64,000 bases of DNA, taken from positions 2,325-66,324 of the forward strand of contig CAMDOA010000003.1 of the NCBI GenBank assembly GCA_945903305.1, read 5' to 3'. Under the pieces are notes generated by a model. That model had not been told where the DNA came from and made no database searches. It was given only the letters and a program-made list of their open reading frames with translations. The translations under genes and the position numbers were made by a program. Below are positions 39,413-48,124 of the stretch, piece by piece (positions within the stretch are counted from its first letter, which is position 1; the number at the start of each line of letters is the position of its first letter). The DNA is from Chitinophaga pinensis. Its GTDB lineage: Bacteria; Bacteroidota; Bacteroidia; Chitinophagales; UBA10324.

Positions 39413-39478
39413 GTGAAGAACTAATAGTGATGAGTGAATTTCTCTTCACCGATCACTATTCACTCTTCACATTTTTTC
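39413..39478 (+). promoter_or_regulatory. Imperfect 26-bp-arm hairpin followed by a T-run in the permease 5' region
   Basis: The left arm (39413-39438) pairs with the right arm (39445-39470) at 21 of 26 positions, around a 6-nt loop. attttttc follows. The hairpin ends 30 nt before the permease ATG and is built from GTGAA words. Confidence 0.35.
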
Positions 39479-39507
39479 ATTTACATTTCAAAAAAAATTA
39501 ATTGTGC

Positions 39508-40986
39508 ATGGAAGAAATCAAACAGATTGATTCAGAAAGCAAACCTGAAATGAAGCGCTCACTCGGGTTGTACGATGCAACCATGATGGTGGCGGGCTCC
39601 ATGATTGGCTCGGGTATTTTTATTGTGAGTGCCGATATGAGTCGGGTGGTAGGGAGCGCTGGCTGGCTGTTGTTTCTGTGGATACTGAGCGGCGCCATTA
39701 CCATGATGGCGGCCTTGTGTTACGGCGAGCTTGCCGGTATGATGCCCAAAGCCGGTGGTCAGTTTGTATATATTGAAAGAGCGTGGGGTAAATTTATTTC
39801 GTTCCTGTACGGGTGGACCGTTTTCACTGTAATACAAACCGGAGTGATTGCAGCAGTGGCAGTTGCGTTCGCAAAGTTCAGCGCAGTATTCTTTCCTGCT
39901 GTAAGTCCCGATAATATATTATTTACAATTGGAAGTATTAAGATAGCGGCGAGCCAGATGTTAGCGATTGCCCTTATTGTGTTTCTCACTTATATAAATT
40001 CGAGAGGGATACAAAACGGTAAAATGATTCAAACCATTTTTACTTCGGCAAAACTTTTAGCGCTTGCGCTTTTAATAATACTTGGAATTTTAATTGGATT
40101 GCAACACGATACCTTGTTCAGCAATTTCAGTGATATGTGGAATGCACAAACCACTTACAAAGCAATGGAGGGTAATTGGATAGTGGAAAATATTTCGGGA
40201 ATTGCCTTGGTACTCGCACTGGGTACAGCCATAATCGGTTCGTTGTTTTCAAGTGATGCATGGAACAACATTACATTCATAGCAGGGGAAGTTCGCGAGC
40301 CACAAAAAAATATTCCACGCAGTTTAATTTTAGGAACCGGCATTGTAACCGTTTTGTACCTGTTAGCAAATGTTTCTTACTTATCGCTGTTGCCTTTAAA
40401 AGGTTCTGCTCAAGCAACAGATATTATCGGGCAGGGAATTCAGTTTGCAGGAGCAGGAACAGACAGGGTGGGTACTGCTGCCGCTTCGCTCATATTCGGT
40501 AATGTGGCTGTGTATATAATGGCTGCTCTCATAATGGTCAGCACTTTTGGATGCAACAACGGAATTATTCTGGCAGGCGGACGAGTGTACTATGCCATGG
40601 CGAAGGATGGTTTGTTTTTTAAGAAGGCCGAACAACTGAACAACAATGGCGTGCCTGCTTATGCAATGTGGATGCAGGCAGCATGGGCGAGTGTGCTTTG
40701 CCTCAGCGGAACTTACGGCGACCTGCTCGACTACACCACTTTTGCATCGCTGTTGTTTTACATTGTAACTATTGCAGGCATTTTTATTTTGCGCCGCCGC
40801 GAACCAAGCGCCGTTCGACCTTACAAGGTAATTGGTTATCCGTTGATGCCTATTCTATACATAGTACTTGCACTCAGCATTTGCATTATTCTTCTTTACA
40901 CAAAAACTTTTAACACCGGAAGTGGCTTGCTGATAGTGGCGCTTGGTGCGCCGGTTTATTTTCTGGCGGTGAAGAAAAAGAGTTAA
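39508..40986 (+). CDS. APC-superfamily amino acid permease
   Basis: About 12 TM helices. The N-terminal motif GLYDATMMVAGSMIGSGIF is typical of amino acid/polyamine/organocation transporters. The ORF-track start at 39502 is TTG; the ATG is at 39508. Confidence 0.85.
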   Translation: MEEIKQIDSESKPEMKRSLGLYDATMMVAGSMIGSGIFIVSADMSRVVGSAGWLLFLWILSGAITMMAALCYGELAGMMPKAGGQFVYIERAWGKFISFLYGWTVFTVIQTGVIAAVAVAFAKFSAVFFPAVSPDNILFTIGSIKIAASQMLAIALIVFLTYINSRGIQNGKMIQTIFTSAKLLALALLIILGILIGLQHDTLFSNFSDMWNAQTTYKAMEGNWIVENISGIALVLALGTAIIGSLFSSDAWNNITFIAGEVREPQKNIPRSLILGTGIVTVLYLLANVSYLSLLPLKGSAQATDIIGQGIQFAGAGTDRVGTAAASLIFGNVAVYIMAALIMVSTFGCNNGIILAGGRVYYAMAKDGLFFKKAEQLNNNGVPAYAMWMQAAWASVLCLSGTYGDLLDYTTFASLLFYIVTIAGIFILRRREPSAVRPYKVIGYPLMPILYIVLALSICIILLYTKTFNTGSGLLIVALGAPVYFLAVKKKS

Positions 40987-40992
40987 AGGTTT

Positions 40993-41051
40993 AACCACGG
41001 AGTAACGCAGAGTTTAACACTGAGTTTTTTTCTCTGTGTTACTCTGTGGTT
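40993..41051 (+). terminator. Strand-specific 20-bp hairpin immediately after the permease stop (candidate non-canonical terminator; CCACGGAG word family)
   Basis: aaccacggagtaacgcagag (40993-41012) pairs with ctctgtgttactctgtggtt (41032-41051). The two non-Watson-Crick positions are G-U on the plus strand and would be C-A on the minus strand. There is no 3' U-tract; a T7 run lies in the loop. Confidence 0.4.
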
Positions 41052-41279
41052 TGTATTTACACTTGCTACTCAATAAAAAATTTACCGCTGTAAGTTTTGT
41101 GCTTGCTGCGGATGTGGAAGAAATAAATGCCTGTTGGTAGTGCCGATAAATCTGCTTCGGGGTTTTGGTTTTTCTTTTTCTGTTGTTATAATAATTTCAT
41201 CCCTTCGGGATTAGCATCACAATCACCTTATAAATTTTTTTGCCTTTGTTTTTCTCATTCAATACAGCCGCGCCGCCAT

Positions 41280-42452
41280 TTATTTCCGGCTGTTCTTTCT
41301 TCTCAAAATTTCTTTTTTTAATAAGCTCAGCTCCCGCCCCATCTGTCCGCTTACCGATGTATTTTCCTGTGCGCGGCGCATTAAATAAGGTACCACATCT
41401 TTTACCGGGCCATACGGCACATACTTGCTTACATTAAATCCGGCATGTGCCAGATTGAAAGTTATGTGATCGCTCATTCCTAATAATTGCGAAAAATGCA
41501 GATGCGGATGATTGTGCGGCAATTTATTTTCTATTAAATAATTCGCCGCAATCATATTGCTGTTTTCGTTGTGCGATGCCACGCAAACAGAAATCAAACT
41601 TATATTATTCAAACAAAACTGCAGTCCGTTGTTGTAATCATTATCTGTTGCGCTTTTATCTGCATGTATCGGCGAGTTATAATTCATTTTAGCAGCTCGC
41701 GCTCTTTCCTTTTCCATGTAAGCTCCGCGAACCAATTTTACCGCTAAAATGTAATTTCCATTTTTCGCCTTTTCAAAAGCCGCCTTCAAAAACTCCAGGC
41801 GGTCGGTTCGGTAGTGCTGTATGGTGTTGTAAACTACTGCCCGCTCTTTGTTATAAAACGAACTCATTTCTTCCATCAGATTATCTACCGGCTGCTGTAT
41901 CCAGCTTTCCTCGGCATCTATCATCATGGCTTTACCGTTTTCGGCAGCGCACTTGCAAATGCGGTGCATGCGGCCTTTCACCCGGTTCCATTCAACCCTT
42001 TCTGAATCAGATAAAGTTTTATTGTCAGCTAACTTTTCCAACAACGAAAACCGCGCAATGCCAGTGACTTTTAAGCTTAAAAACGGAATATGCAATTGCG
42101 GGCCGGCAAATTTTATTGCCTTTATAAATTCTTCTGTGGCGTTATCAAAATCATCATCGGTTTGCTTGCCCTCCACCCCATAATCCAGAATGGCGCTTAC
42201 CTTAAACTTCGCTAATCTTTCAACCACCAATAAACTATCCGTTAGTGATTCGCCTCCGCAAAAATGTTTGAATATGGTTTTTTGTACCACCCATTTAATA
42301 GGCAGCCGCAGTCTAAAAGCAAGGGGAGTCAGCCGCGTGCCTATTTTAACCAGTGTATTATTATTGATCAGCTTGAAAAGCAAATTGGATTTATATAACG
42401 CTCCATTCGATTTATAAGCAAAAGCGATTTCAGTATTATCGAACGACAGCAT
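41280..42452 (-). CDS. Proline dehydrogenase (monofunctional PutA-like)
   Basis: LSFDNTEIAFAYKSN .. IFKHFCGGES .. VKLVRGAYMEKER .. ASHN .. FSQLLGMSD .. YVPYG all match proline dehydrogenase family motifs. The ATG at 42452 is preferred over 42500. Confidence 0.8.
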   Translation of the reverse strand: MLSFDNTEIAFAYKSNGALYKSNLLFKLINNNTLVKIGTRLTPLAFRLRLPIKWVVQKTIFKHFCGGESLTDSLLVVERLAKFKVSAILDYGVEGKQTDDDFDNATEEFIKAIKFAGPQLHIPFLSLKVTGIARFSLLEKLADNKTLSDSERVEWNRVKGRMHRICKCAAENGKAMMIDAEESWIQQPVDNLMEEMSSFYNKERAVVYNTIQHYRTDRLEFLKAAFEKAKNGNYILAVKLVRGAYMEKERARAAKMNYNSPIHADKSATDNDYNNGLQFCLNNISLISVCVASHNENSNMIAANYLIENKLPHNHPHLHFSQLLGMSDHITFNLAHAGFNVSKYVPYGPVKDVVPYLMRRAQENTSVSGQMGRELSLLKKEILRRKNSRK

Positions 42453-42638
42453 AAGAAGTTTAGTTGACCTTATTTTTTGAAAGGGCAAATATAAAAGCAA
42501 TGTTAAGATACCACCTGACCTAAATCAGTGTTGAAACACACAAAATATAAATCTGATTTTATAATATCTGCTTGAAATGTTTCAGTATATAAAAATTTCA
42601 TTTCGGGTGAATTACGAATTCGATTAGGTTTGCATCCA

Positions 42639-43742
42639 ATGCAATTCAATTTGTTTTCGAAGTGGCCAATTAAATCAGGATATCCGTTTCTGATAGCCGG
42701 CCCCTGCTCTGCCGAGAGCGAAGAGCAGGTTTTATTAACAGCCAAAGAGCTGATGAAAACTCCGGTTAATTTATTTCGCGCCGGTGTTTGGAAACCGCGC
42801 ACACGACCCAATAGTTACGAAGGCTCAGGAGAACAAGGATTGAAATGGCTGCGCGAAGCAAAATTGCAAACCGGTTTACCAATTACTGTTGAAGTGGCCT
42901 CGCCGGCACATGTTGAACTGGCACTCAAATATGGCATTGATGTTTTATGGATTGGTGCCCGCACAATGGTTAGTCCGTTTGCTGTTCAGAGTATCGCTGA
43001 TTCTTTATCCGGAATAGATATTCCGGTGATAGTAAAAAATCCAATCAATCCTGATCTTGATTTATGGATAGGAGGACTTGAACGAATTTACAATAATGGA
43101 ATCAAGCAAGTAGCTGCCATTCACCGTGGATTTTCTACTTACGATAAAAGCAAGTACCGCAATAAACCATTATGGGAAATTCCATTGGAATTAAAACGCC
43201 GTTTTCCCGATTTACCGTTGCTCTGCGACCCGAGTCATATTGGTGGTAAAAGAGATTTATTACTTCCGATAGCGCAAAAAGCACTTGATTTAAATTTCGA
43301 TGGATTAATGGTGGAGGTGCATCCATCACCTGATAATGCATTAAGTGATTCGGAACAGCAAATTACTCCTTCAGCCTATTCTGATTTATTAAATCAATTA
43401 ATTATCAGAAAAAGAAACGCGGAAGACAGCTTTGCTTTTTCATCATTGGAAGAGTTAAGAAATATTATTGATAAATTAGATGAACACTTGTTAGAAACGC
43501 TTGCCGAGCGCATGGAGTACGCCGAAAAAATAGGTCTGTTCAAAAAAGAAAATGACATTGCTATTTTTCAGCCTGAGCGGTGGAACGATGTAATAAAAAG
43601 GGTAAAATTAATTGCCGCTGAAAAAAATTTATCGGAAGATATCATTCTTAAAATATTTGATTTCATACAGAAAGAATCTATTCGTAAACAAAGTGGGGTT
43701 ATGTATGGCCAGTCAGAGATTATTAAAATAAAATCTCATTGA
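42639..43742 (+). CDS. Bifunctional 3-deoxy-7-phosphoheptulonate (DAHP) synthase / chorismate mutase type II
   Basis: The N-terminal region is DAHP/KDO8P-synthase-like (IAGPCSAESEEQ, FRAGVWKPRT, CDPSH). The C-terminal ~90 aa form a helical chorismate mutase domain (LRNIIDKLDEHLLETLAERMEYAEKIG). The ORF-track start at 42630 is TTG; the ATG is at 42639. Confidence 0.8.
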   Translation: MQFNLFSKWPIKSGYPFLIAGPCSAESEEQVLLTAKELMKTPVNLFRAGVWKPRTRPNSYEGSGEQGLKWLREAKLQTGLPITVEVASPAHVELALKYGIDVLWIGARTMVSPFAVQSIADSLSGIDIPVIVKNPINPDLDLWIGGLERIYNNGIKQVAAIHRGFSTYDKSKYRNKPLWEIPLELKRRFPDLPLLCDPSHIGGKRDLLLPIAQKALDLNFDGLMVEVHPSPDNALSDSEQQITPSAYSDLLNQLIIRKRNAEDSFAFSSLEELRNIIDKLDEHLLETLAERMEYAEKIGLFKKENDIAIFQPERWNDVIKRVKLIAAEKNLSEDIILKIFDFIQKESIRKQSGVMYGQSEIIKIKSH

Positions 43743-43758
43743 ACAATTCTGACATTTT

Positions 43759-45330
43759 TTATCCTTTGTATTCGCCAAAAACATTTCGAAGTGCATCGGC
43801 TATTTCGCCAAGTGTTGCATAACTCTCTACTGCTTCAATAACAGTGGGCATTATGTTCTCTTCGCCCTTCGCTTTTGTTTCAAGTGCCGCCAGAATCGAA
43901 TTCACCTTTACATTATCTCTTCGCTCACGCAGCGATTTCAATTTTTCAGATTGATGCGTGCGAATAGATTCATCTACCCGAAAAACATTTTCAGGTGGCT
44001 TTTCATCCGCTAAAAATTTATTTAGCCCAACAATAATTTTTTCTCCGCTCTCAATATTGCGTTGGTACTTGTATGATGAGCGCGCAATTTCTTCCTGCAT
44101 GTATCCTTGTTCAATGGCAGCAACCGAACCGCCCATTGCATCAATTCGATGAATGTATTCCCATGCTTTATTTTCTACTTCATCAGTCAATGCCTCAACA
44201 AAATAAGAACCACCCAGTGGGTCAGCAGTTTCGCTCACTCCACTTTCGTGTGCAATAATCTGTTGTGTCTTCAATGCAATGCCGGCAGCTTGTTCGGTTG
44301 GTAATGAAAGCGCTTCGTCAAAACCATTGGTGTGCAACGATTGTGTTCCGCCCAACACTGCAGCTAATGCCTGAAGTGTAACACGAGTAATATTATTCAT
44401 TGGCTGTTGGGCGGTCAGCGTACTTCCACCTGTTTGGGTGTGAAAGCGGCACATCATGGCGCGCTCATCTGTTGCGCCCATCTCCTTTGTAATTTGCGCC
44501 CACATTCTTCTTGCCGCTCGAAACTTCGCCACCTCTTCAAATAAATTATTGTGCGCGTTGAAGAAAAATGAAATTCGTTTTGCAAAAACATTTATATCGA
44601 GTCCGCAATCAATGGCTGCTTTTAAATAGGCTTTACCATTGGCGAGCGTGAATGCTAATTCCTGCACCGCATCACTACCGGCCTCGCGAATGTGATAACC
44701 GCTTACTGAAATAGTATTCCACGCCGGAACTTCGCGACTGCAATAATCAAAAATATCAGTAATCAATCGCATGGAAGGTTTGGGAGGATATATATAAGTT
44801 CCCCGCGCCGCATACTCTTTCAGAATATCATTTTGGACAGTGCCTGATAATTTTTTTACATCAGCGCCCTGCTTTTTTGCCAATGCTATATATAATGCCA
44901 GCAGAATAAATGCGGTGGCATTAATGGTCATTGAAGTAGAAATTTTATCGAGCGGAATTCCTTTGAAAAGAATTTCCATGTCTTCGAGTGAATCAATAGC
45001 CACTCCCACTTTTCCCACTTCGCCTTCTGACATGGCGTGGTCGCTGTCGTATCCAATCTGGGTAGGTAAATCAAACGCAACTGATAATCCACTGGTGCCC
45101 TGACTTAATAAATAATGGTAGCGCTTGTTTGATTCCTCAGCGGTAGAAAATCCAGCATACTGCCGCATCGTCCACAATTTATCGCGGTACATTGAAGAAT
45201 GAATTCCGCGCGTGAATGGAAATTCCCCAGGCAATTCTTCATTTTGTTTTGAAGAATTTTTATACAATGGGTTTATTTCAATGCCACTATCCGTTTCAAT
45301 TTTTTTTGATGAAGATTTTTCTTTCGACAT
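43759..45330 (-). CDS. Methylmalonyl-CoA mutase-family protein, catalytic (large, TIM-barrel) subunit without a B12-binding domain
   Basis: [39 protein letters not shown] and [15 protein letters not shown] are acyl-CoA mutase hallmarks. At 523 aa the protein ends before a cobalamin-binding domain. Confidence 0.85.
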   Translation of the reverse strand: MSKEKSSSKKIETDSGIEINPLYKNSSKQNEELPGEFPFTRGIHSSMYRDKLWTMRQYAGFSTAEESNKRYHYLLSQGTSGLSVAFDLPTQIGYDSDHAMSEGEVGKVGVAIDSLEDMEILFKGIPLDKISTSMTINATAFILLALYIALAKKQGADVKKLSGTVQNDILKEYAARGTYIYPPKPSMRLITDIFDYCSREVPAWNTISVSGYHIREAGSDAVQELAFTLANGKAYLKAAIDCGLDINVFAKRISFFFNAHNNLFEEVAKFRAARRMWAQITKEMGATDERAMMCRFHTQTGGSTLTAQQPMNNITRVTLQALAAVLGGTQSLHTNGFDEALSLPTEQAAGIALKTQQIIAHESGVSETADPLGGSYFVEALTDEVENKAWEYIHRIDAMGGSVAAIEQGYMQEEIARSSYKYQRNIESGEKIIVGLNKFLADEKPPENVFRVDESIRTHQSEKLKSLRERRDNVKVNSILAALETKAKGEENIMPTVIEAVESYATLGEIADALRNVFGEYKG

Positions 45331-45483
45331 AATTATTTAAAAAAATTAGAGCCACACTTGCCTGCCGCACGCAGGGATTCACCGATTTATTTTCACTAAC
45401 TACAAAAATATTTTATACAGATTTTAACAGAAACTTCATAATCGAATTCAATCTCCTCTCCCTTCGAAAGGTTGGGTGGGGCT

Positions 45484-46014
45484 TTAGTACATCTTCTTCA
45501 CTTCGTTTTTTAAAGTATCCAATGCTTTTTGCGTGGGCATCGATTGTTCGTTATTAATAAAGAATTCAAAAATGCGCCGGCTTAAATCCTTTGCCGAGGC
45601 GGTTTCAGGCAAATCAACCGCTACCCGGTTTACGATGCTTACAATTTCTTCCTTCACTTGCACTATTTGATTCCAGGTTGGGCCGCTTACATAAATTTGT
45701 TGCGCCAGATTGTGTTCAAACTCGAGCCTGATATTACTGATTAGCGCAAGCTGCATATCGTGGGCGTTCATTCCGGGCTTATTTACCCTGTGAATTAAAC
45801 TGTTTGGCGATATCCGCTCAAGAAATAAAGCCAGTCTCTCGTATGCCTGCAATCGAATGGGTAATGCGGCTTTAAAATTATCAATGCGCACTTCCAGTTG
45901 TTTTTTTTCATAATCTGCCTGAAGAAATGTTTTCAGAATATAATAAGCAGTAAGAAAAGTGATGAATGATGGCAGCGTATATTTTAAAATTTCGAGAATG
46001 TAGGTGAGAACCAT
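45484..46014 (-). CDS. Hypothetical membrane-anchored helical protein
   Basis: 176 aa with one N-terminal TM helix and a helical remainder. No family was recognised. Confidence 0.45.
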   Translation of the reverse strand: MVLTYILEILKYTLPSFITFLTAYYILKTFLQADYEKKQLEVRIDNFKAALPIRLQAYERLALFLERISPNSLIHRVNKPGMNAHDMQLALISNIRLEFEHNLAQQIYVSGPTWNQIVQVKEEIVSIVNRVAVDLPETASAKDLSRRIFEFFINNEQSMPTQKALDTLKNEVKKMY

Positions 46015-46097
46015 TTGCGTAATTTTTATTTCGCTGCGAAAGTAGATGAAAGTGAAATGAAAAGTGAAAATCTTAAAATGAAAAAAAATTAAGATGC

Positions 46098-46424
46098 CTA
46101 TTTCAGTTTTTCATTCTGTTGATGTCGTTCGGCATCGCGGTTATTTTTTTTCTCGAAATTTTTTTCAAGTGCCTCTTCAAGATTAATTCCGGTTTGATTG
46201 GCTATGCAGATTAAAACAAACAACACATCGGCTAATTCATCACCAAGTTCTTTGTCTTTATCTGATTCTTTGAAAGATTGTTGGCCATATTTTCTAGCCA
46301 TAATTCTCGCCACCTCTCCTACTTCTTCGGTAAGCATGGCCATGTTGGTGAGTTCGTTGAAGTACCTGACTCCGGTAGTTTTAATCCAATCGTCAACGGA
46401 TTGTTGGGCTTCGTTAATTGTCAT
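46098..46424 (-). CDS. MazG-like nucleotide pyrophosphohydrolase
   Basis: 108 aa. The EExGE-type motif LTEEVGEVARI and a second acidic helix LGDELADVLFVLI are present. Confidence 0.8.
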   Translation of the reverse strand: MTINEAQQSVDDWIKTTGVRYFNELTNMAMLTEEVGEVARIMARKYGQQSFKESDKDKELGDELADVLFVLICIANQTGINLEEALEKNFEKKNNRDAERHQQNEKLK

Positions 46425-46544
46425 GATGAAATATTTTTTACCAAAGTAATTCCACTGAAATTTTTAAATCGAAAATATTTTTCCAAGAATCAAATGCCTT
46501 CATAAATGATCAATTATTGCATAAAATAAAAAGTAAAATAATTT

Positions 46545-48005
46545 TCAATTACTGCTTATGAAGTAAGGATCAACCGACAACTCTGCTTTAAAATCAGGAA
46601 CTAATTGCATGGTTGAAATATCTATGGCAGTAATGTATCCGTTCTTTCCTTCACATAGTGAAGCATGATGTGCTGCCGGCCCACCGGCCGATACATTGCG
46701 GTTGGTTACAAATAGTTTTTTCTGTTTATCATCCAGCACCATTCCTTTTGAATCATGGCCGGCGGCTATTTCTAAATTAAATGTTTCAGTAGCAGCACTG
46801 AATACATACACGCTGCTTTTTTTAATAGTGCCCGGCACTCCTGAACAATTAACAAACAACAACAAATTTGATTTTGAAAAAGCCATGGCATCAGGGTTAC
46901 TTCCGGTAGATAAAATAGTAATCAGACTATCATTCATCGTTTGGAATATCCGTAGCTCAGCTGATTTATTGCAGGTGACAAAATACTTGCTTTCGTCATG
47001 ATTGAATTGAATGGATTGTGGATTTAAAGAAGGTGCAGAAGACGCAATGACACCGGGCTCAAGCGATAATGTATCAATAACCGGTGCCAATGGATTTTGA
47101 ATATCAATTTTATAAATATAATTACCTTCATTAGAAGTGGTATACAGTTTTGTGTTGGCATTATTTAAAAAAATATTAAATGGAAATTTTAAACCGGTTT
47201 GATAAGTAGTAATAACCGCCATGTTTTCTAAATCAGCATAAACTATACGGCCGTAAAAATTTGCATCGGAAATAAATATTTTTTTTGAATCGGCAGTAAT
47301 AGCAAATGAAGACCATATACCCGATCCAATATATAATTCTCCTACTCTTAAATTATCTGAAGTGCTGTATTTTTCAATTGTTGTTCCCTGATTAAAAATC
47401 ACATACCAATGTAATTTATCAGGTGAAATCTTGACCATACAAGGAGCTTCAATGGCCGAATTATTTCCGACATCGATATAACGAATTGCCAATCCTGATT
47501 CGGCATCCATAACTGTAACCACATCGCAGCCTCTGTTGGCCACATACAATTTAAGTTTATTCTGATTATCAGAAAATTTGACAAAATTATTTTTGTCTGG
47601 TGCACCTTGCGTAATCCAGTTTTTTATAGTTGCAAATTCTGCTGCTGATAATGGCGTGTTATTGATTGGCATTACCGGTTGCATCATTACTCCATTTGCC
47701 GAATCGGTATTTATATAATAACAAAGGGTACTGTAATCAGGTCGGAACGGAATAACAACGGCACCACCGCGACTTCCTTCAAACATATTATTCCATGTGG
47801 AAAGTGATAAACCTCCTGCAGCTTCCCTGCTTTCATTATCATGACAGCCTGCTGTGGCACATTTATTATTGATAATGGCGGCTACTTCTTCCGGATAACC
47901 GGATAGTGTTACTATATCATCAGCTGACCGATAGGTACATGAATTTATACTGATACAAAAGGCTACAATTAAAATCGAAAAATTTATACAAGAATTTTTT
48001 TTCAT
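46545..48005 (-). CDS. Lipoprotein with an N-terminal PSCyt1-like (planctomycete cytochrome c-like) module carrying CX4CH, plus a YVTN/beta-propeller region
   Basis: A lipobox (ISINSC) is followed by NNKCATAGCHDNES..GGLSL..VVIPFRPDYSTL..MP..LSAAEFATIKNWITQGAP, which matches the PSCyt1 layout. Repeated propeller-like blades follow (LYVANRG.. VTVMD). The ATG at 48005 is preferred. Confidence 0.55.
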   Translation of the reverse strand: MKKNSCINFSILIVAFCISINSCTYRSADDIVTLSGYPEEVAAIINNKCATAGCHDNESREAAGGLSLSTWNNMFEGSRGGAVVIPFRPDYSTLCYYINTDSANGVMMQPVMPINNTPLSAAEFATIKNWITQGAPDKNNFVKFSDNQNKLKLYVANRGCDVVTVMDAESGLAIRYIDVGNNSAIEAPCMVKISPDKLHWYVIFNQGTTIEKYSTSDNLRVGELYIGSGIWSSFAITADSKKIFISDANFYGRIVYADLENMAVITTYQTGLKFPFNIFLNNANTKLYTTSNEGNYIYKIDIQNPLAPVIDTLSLEPGVIASSAPSLNPQSIQFNHDESKYFVTCNKSAELRIFQTMNDSLITILSTGSNPDAMAFSKSNLLLFVNCSGVPGTIKKSSVYVFSAATETFNLEIAAGHDSKGMVLDDKQKKLFVTNRNVSAGGPAAHHASLCEGKNGYITAIDISTMQLVPDFKAELSVDPYFISSN

Positions 48006-48124
48006 TAACAAAAACGCATTGTTTGATACAATAAAAAAAAATTATGGCTCACAGTTTTTTCCGTTAATTAATCGTTGCTCAATTATTTAGCTGAACGCAC
48101 CATTTAATTATCTGTTACGGGTTT

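Noticed and set aside
39413-39470. Whether the inverted repeats upstream of the polysaccharide locus flank an invertible (phase-variable) promoter, as in Bacteroides capsule loci.
   Set aside because: The two arms are separated by only 6 nt, so nothing is enclosed that could invert. No site-specific recombinase gene is nearby.
41052-41279. A possible small RNA or small ORFs (41127..41321, 41240..41437) in the 290-bp convergent gap between the permease and proline dehydrogenase genes. The gap includes an ATCCC-TTCG-GGGAT tetraloop hairpin near 41198-41211.
   Set aside because: The ORFs are Phe/Cys/Ser-rich and overlap the proline dehydrogenase 3' end. The hairpin has only 5 bp, and no promoter or terminator pairing could be supported by eye. 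It is not reported as a feature.
42503-42811. The minus-strand 102-aa ORF across the proline dehydrogenase / DAHP synthase divergent region.
   Set aside because: It overlaps the well-supported 5' end of the DAHP synthase/chorismate mutase gene on the other strand, and carries no recognisable motif.
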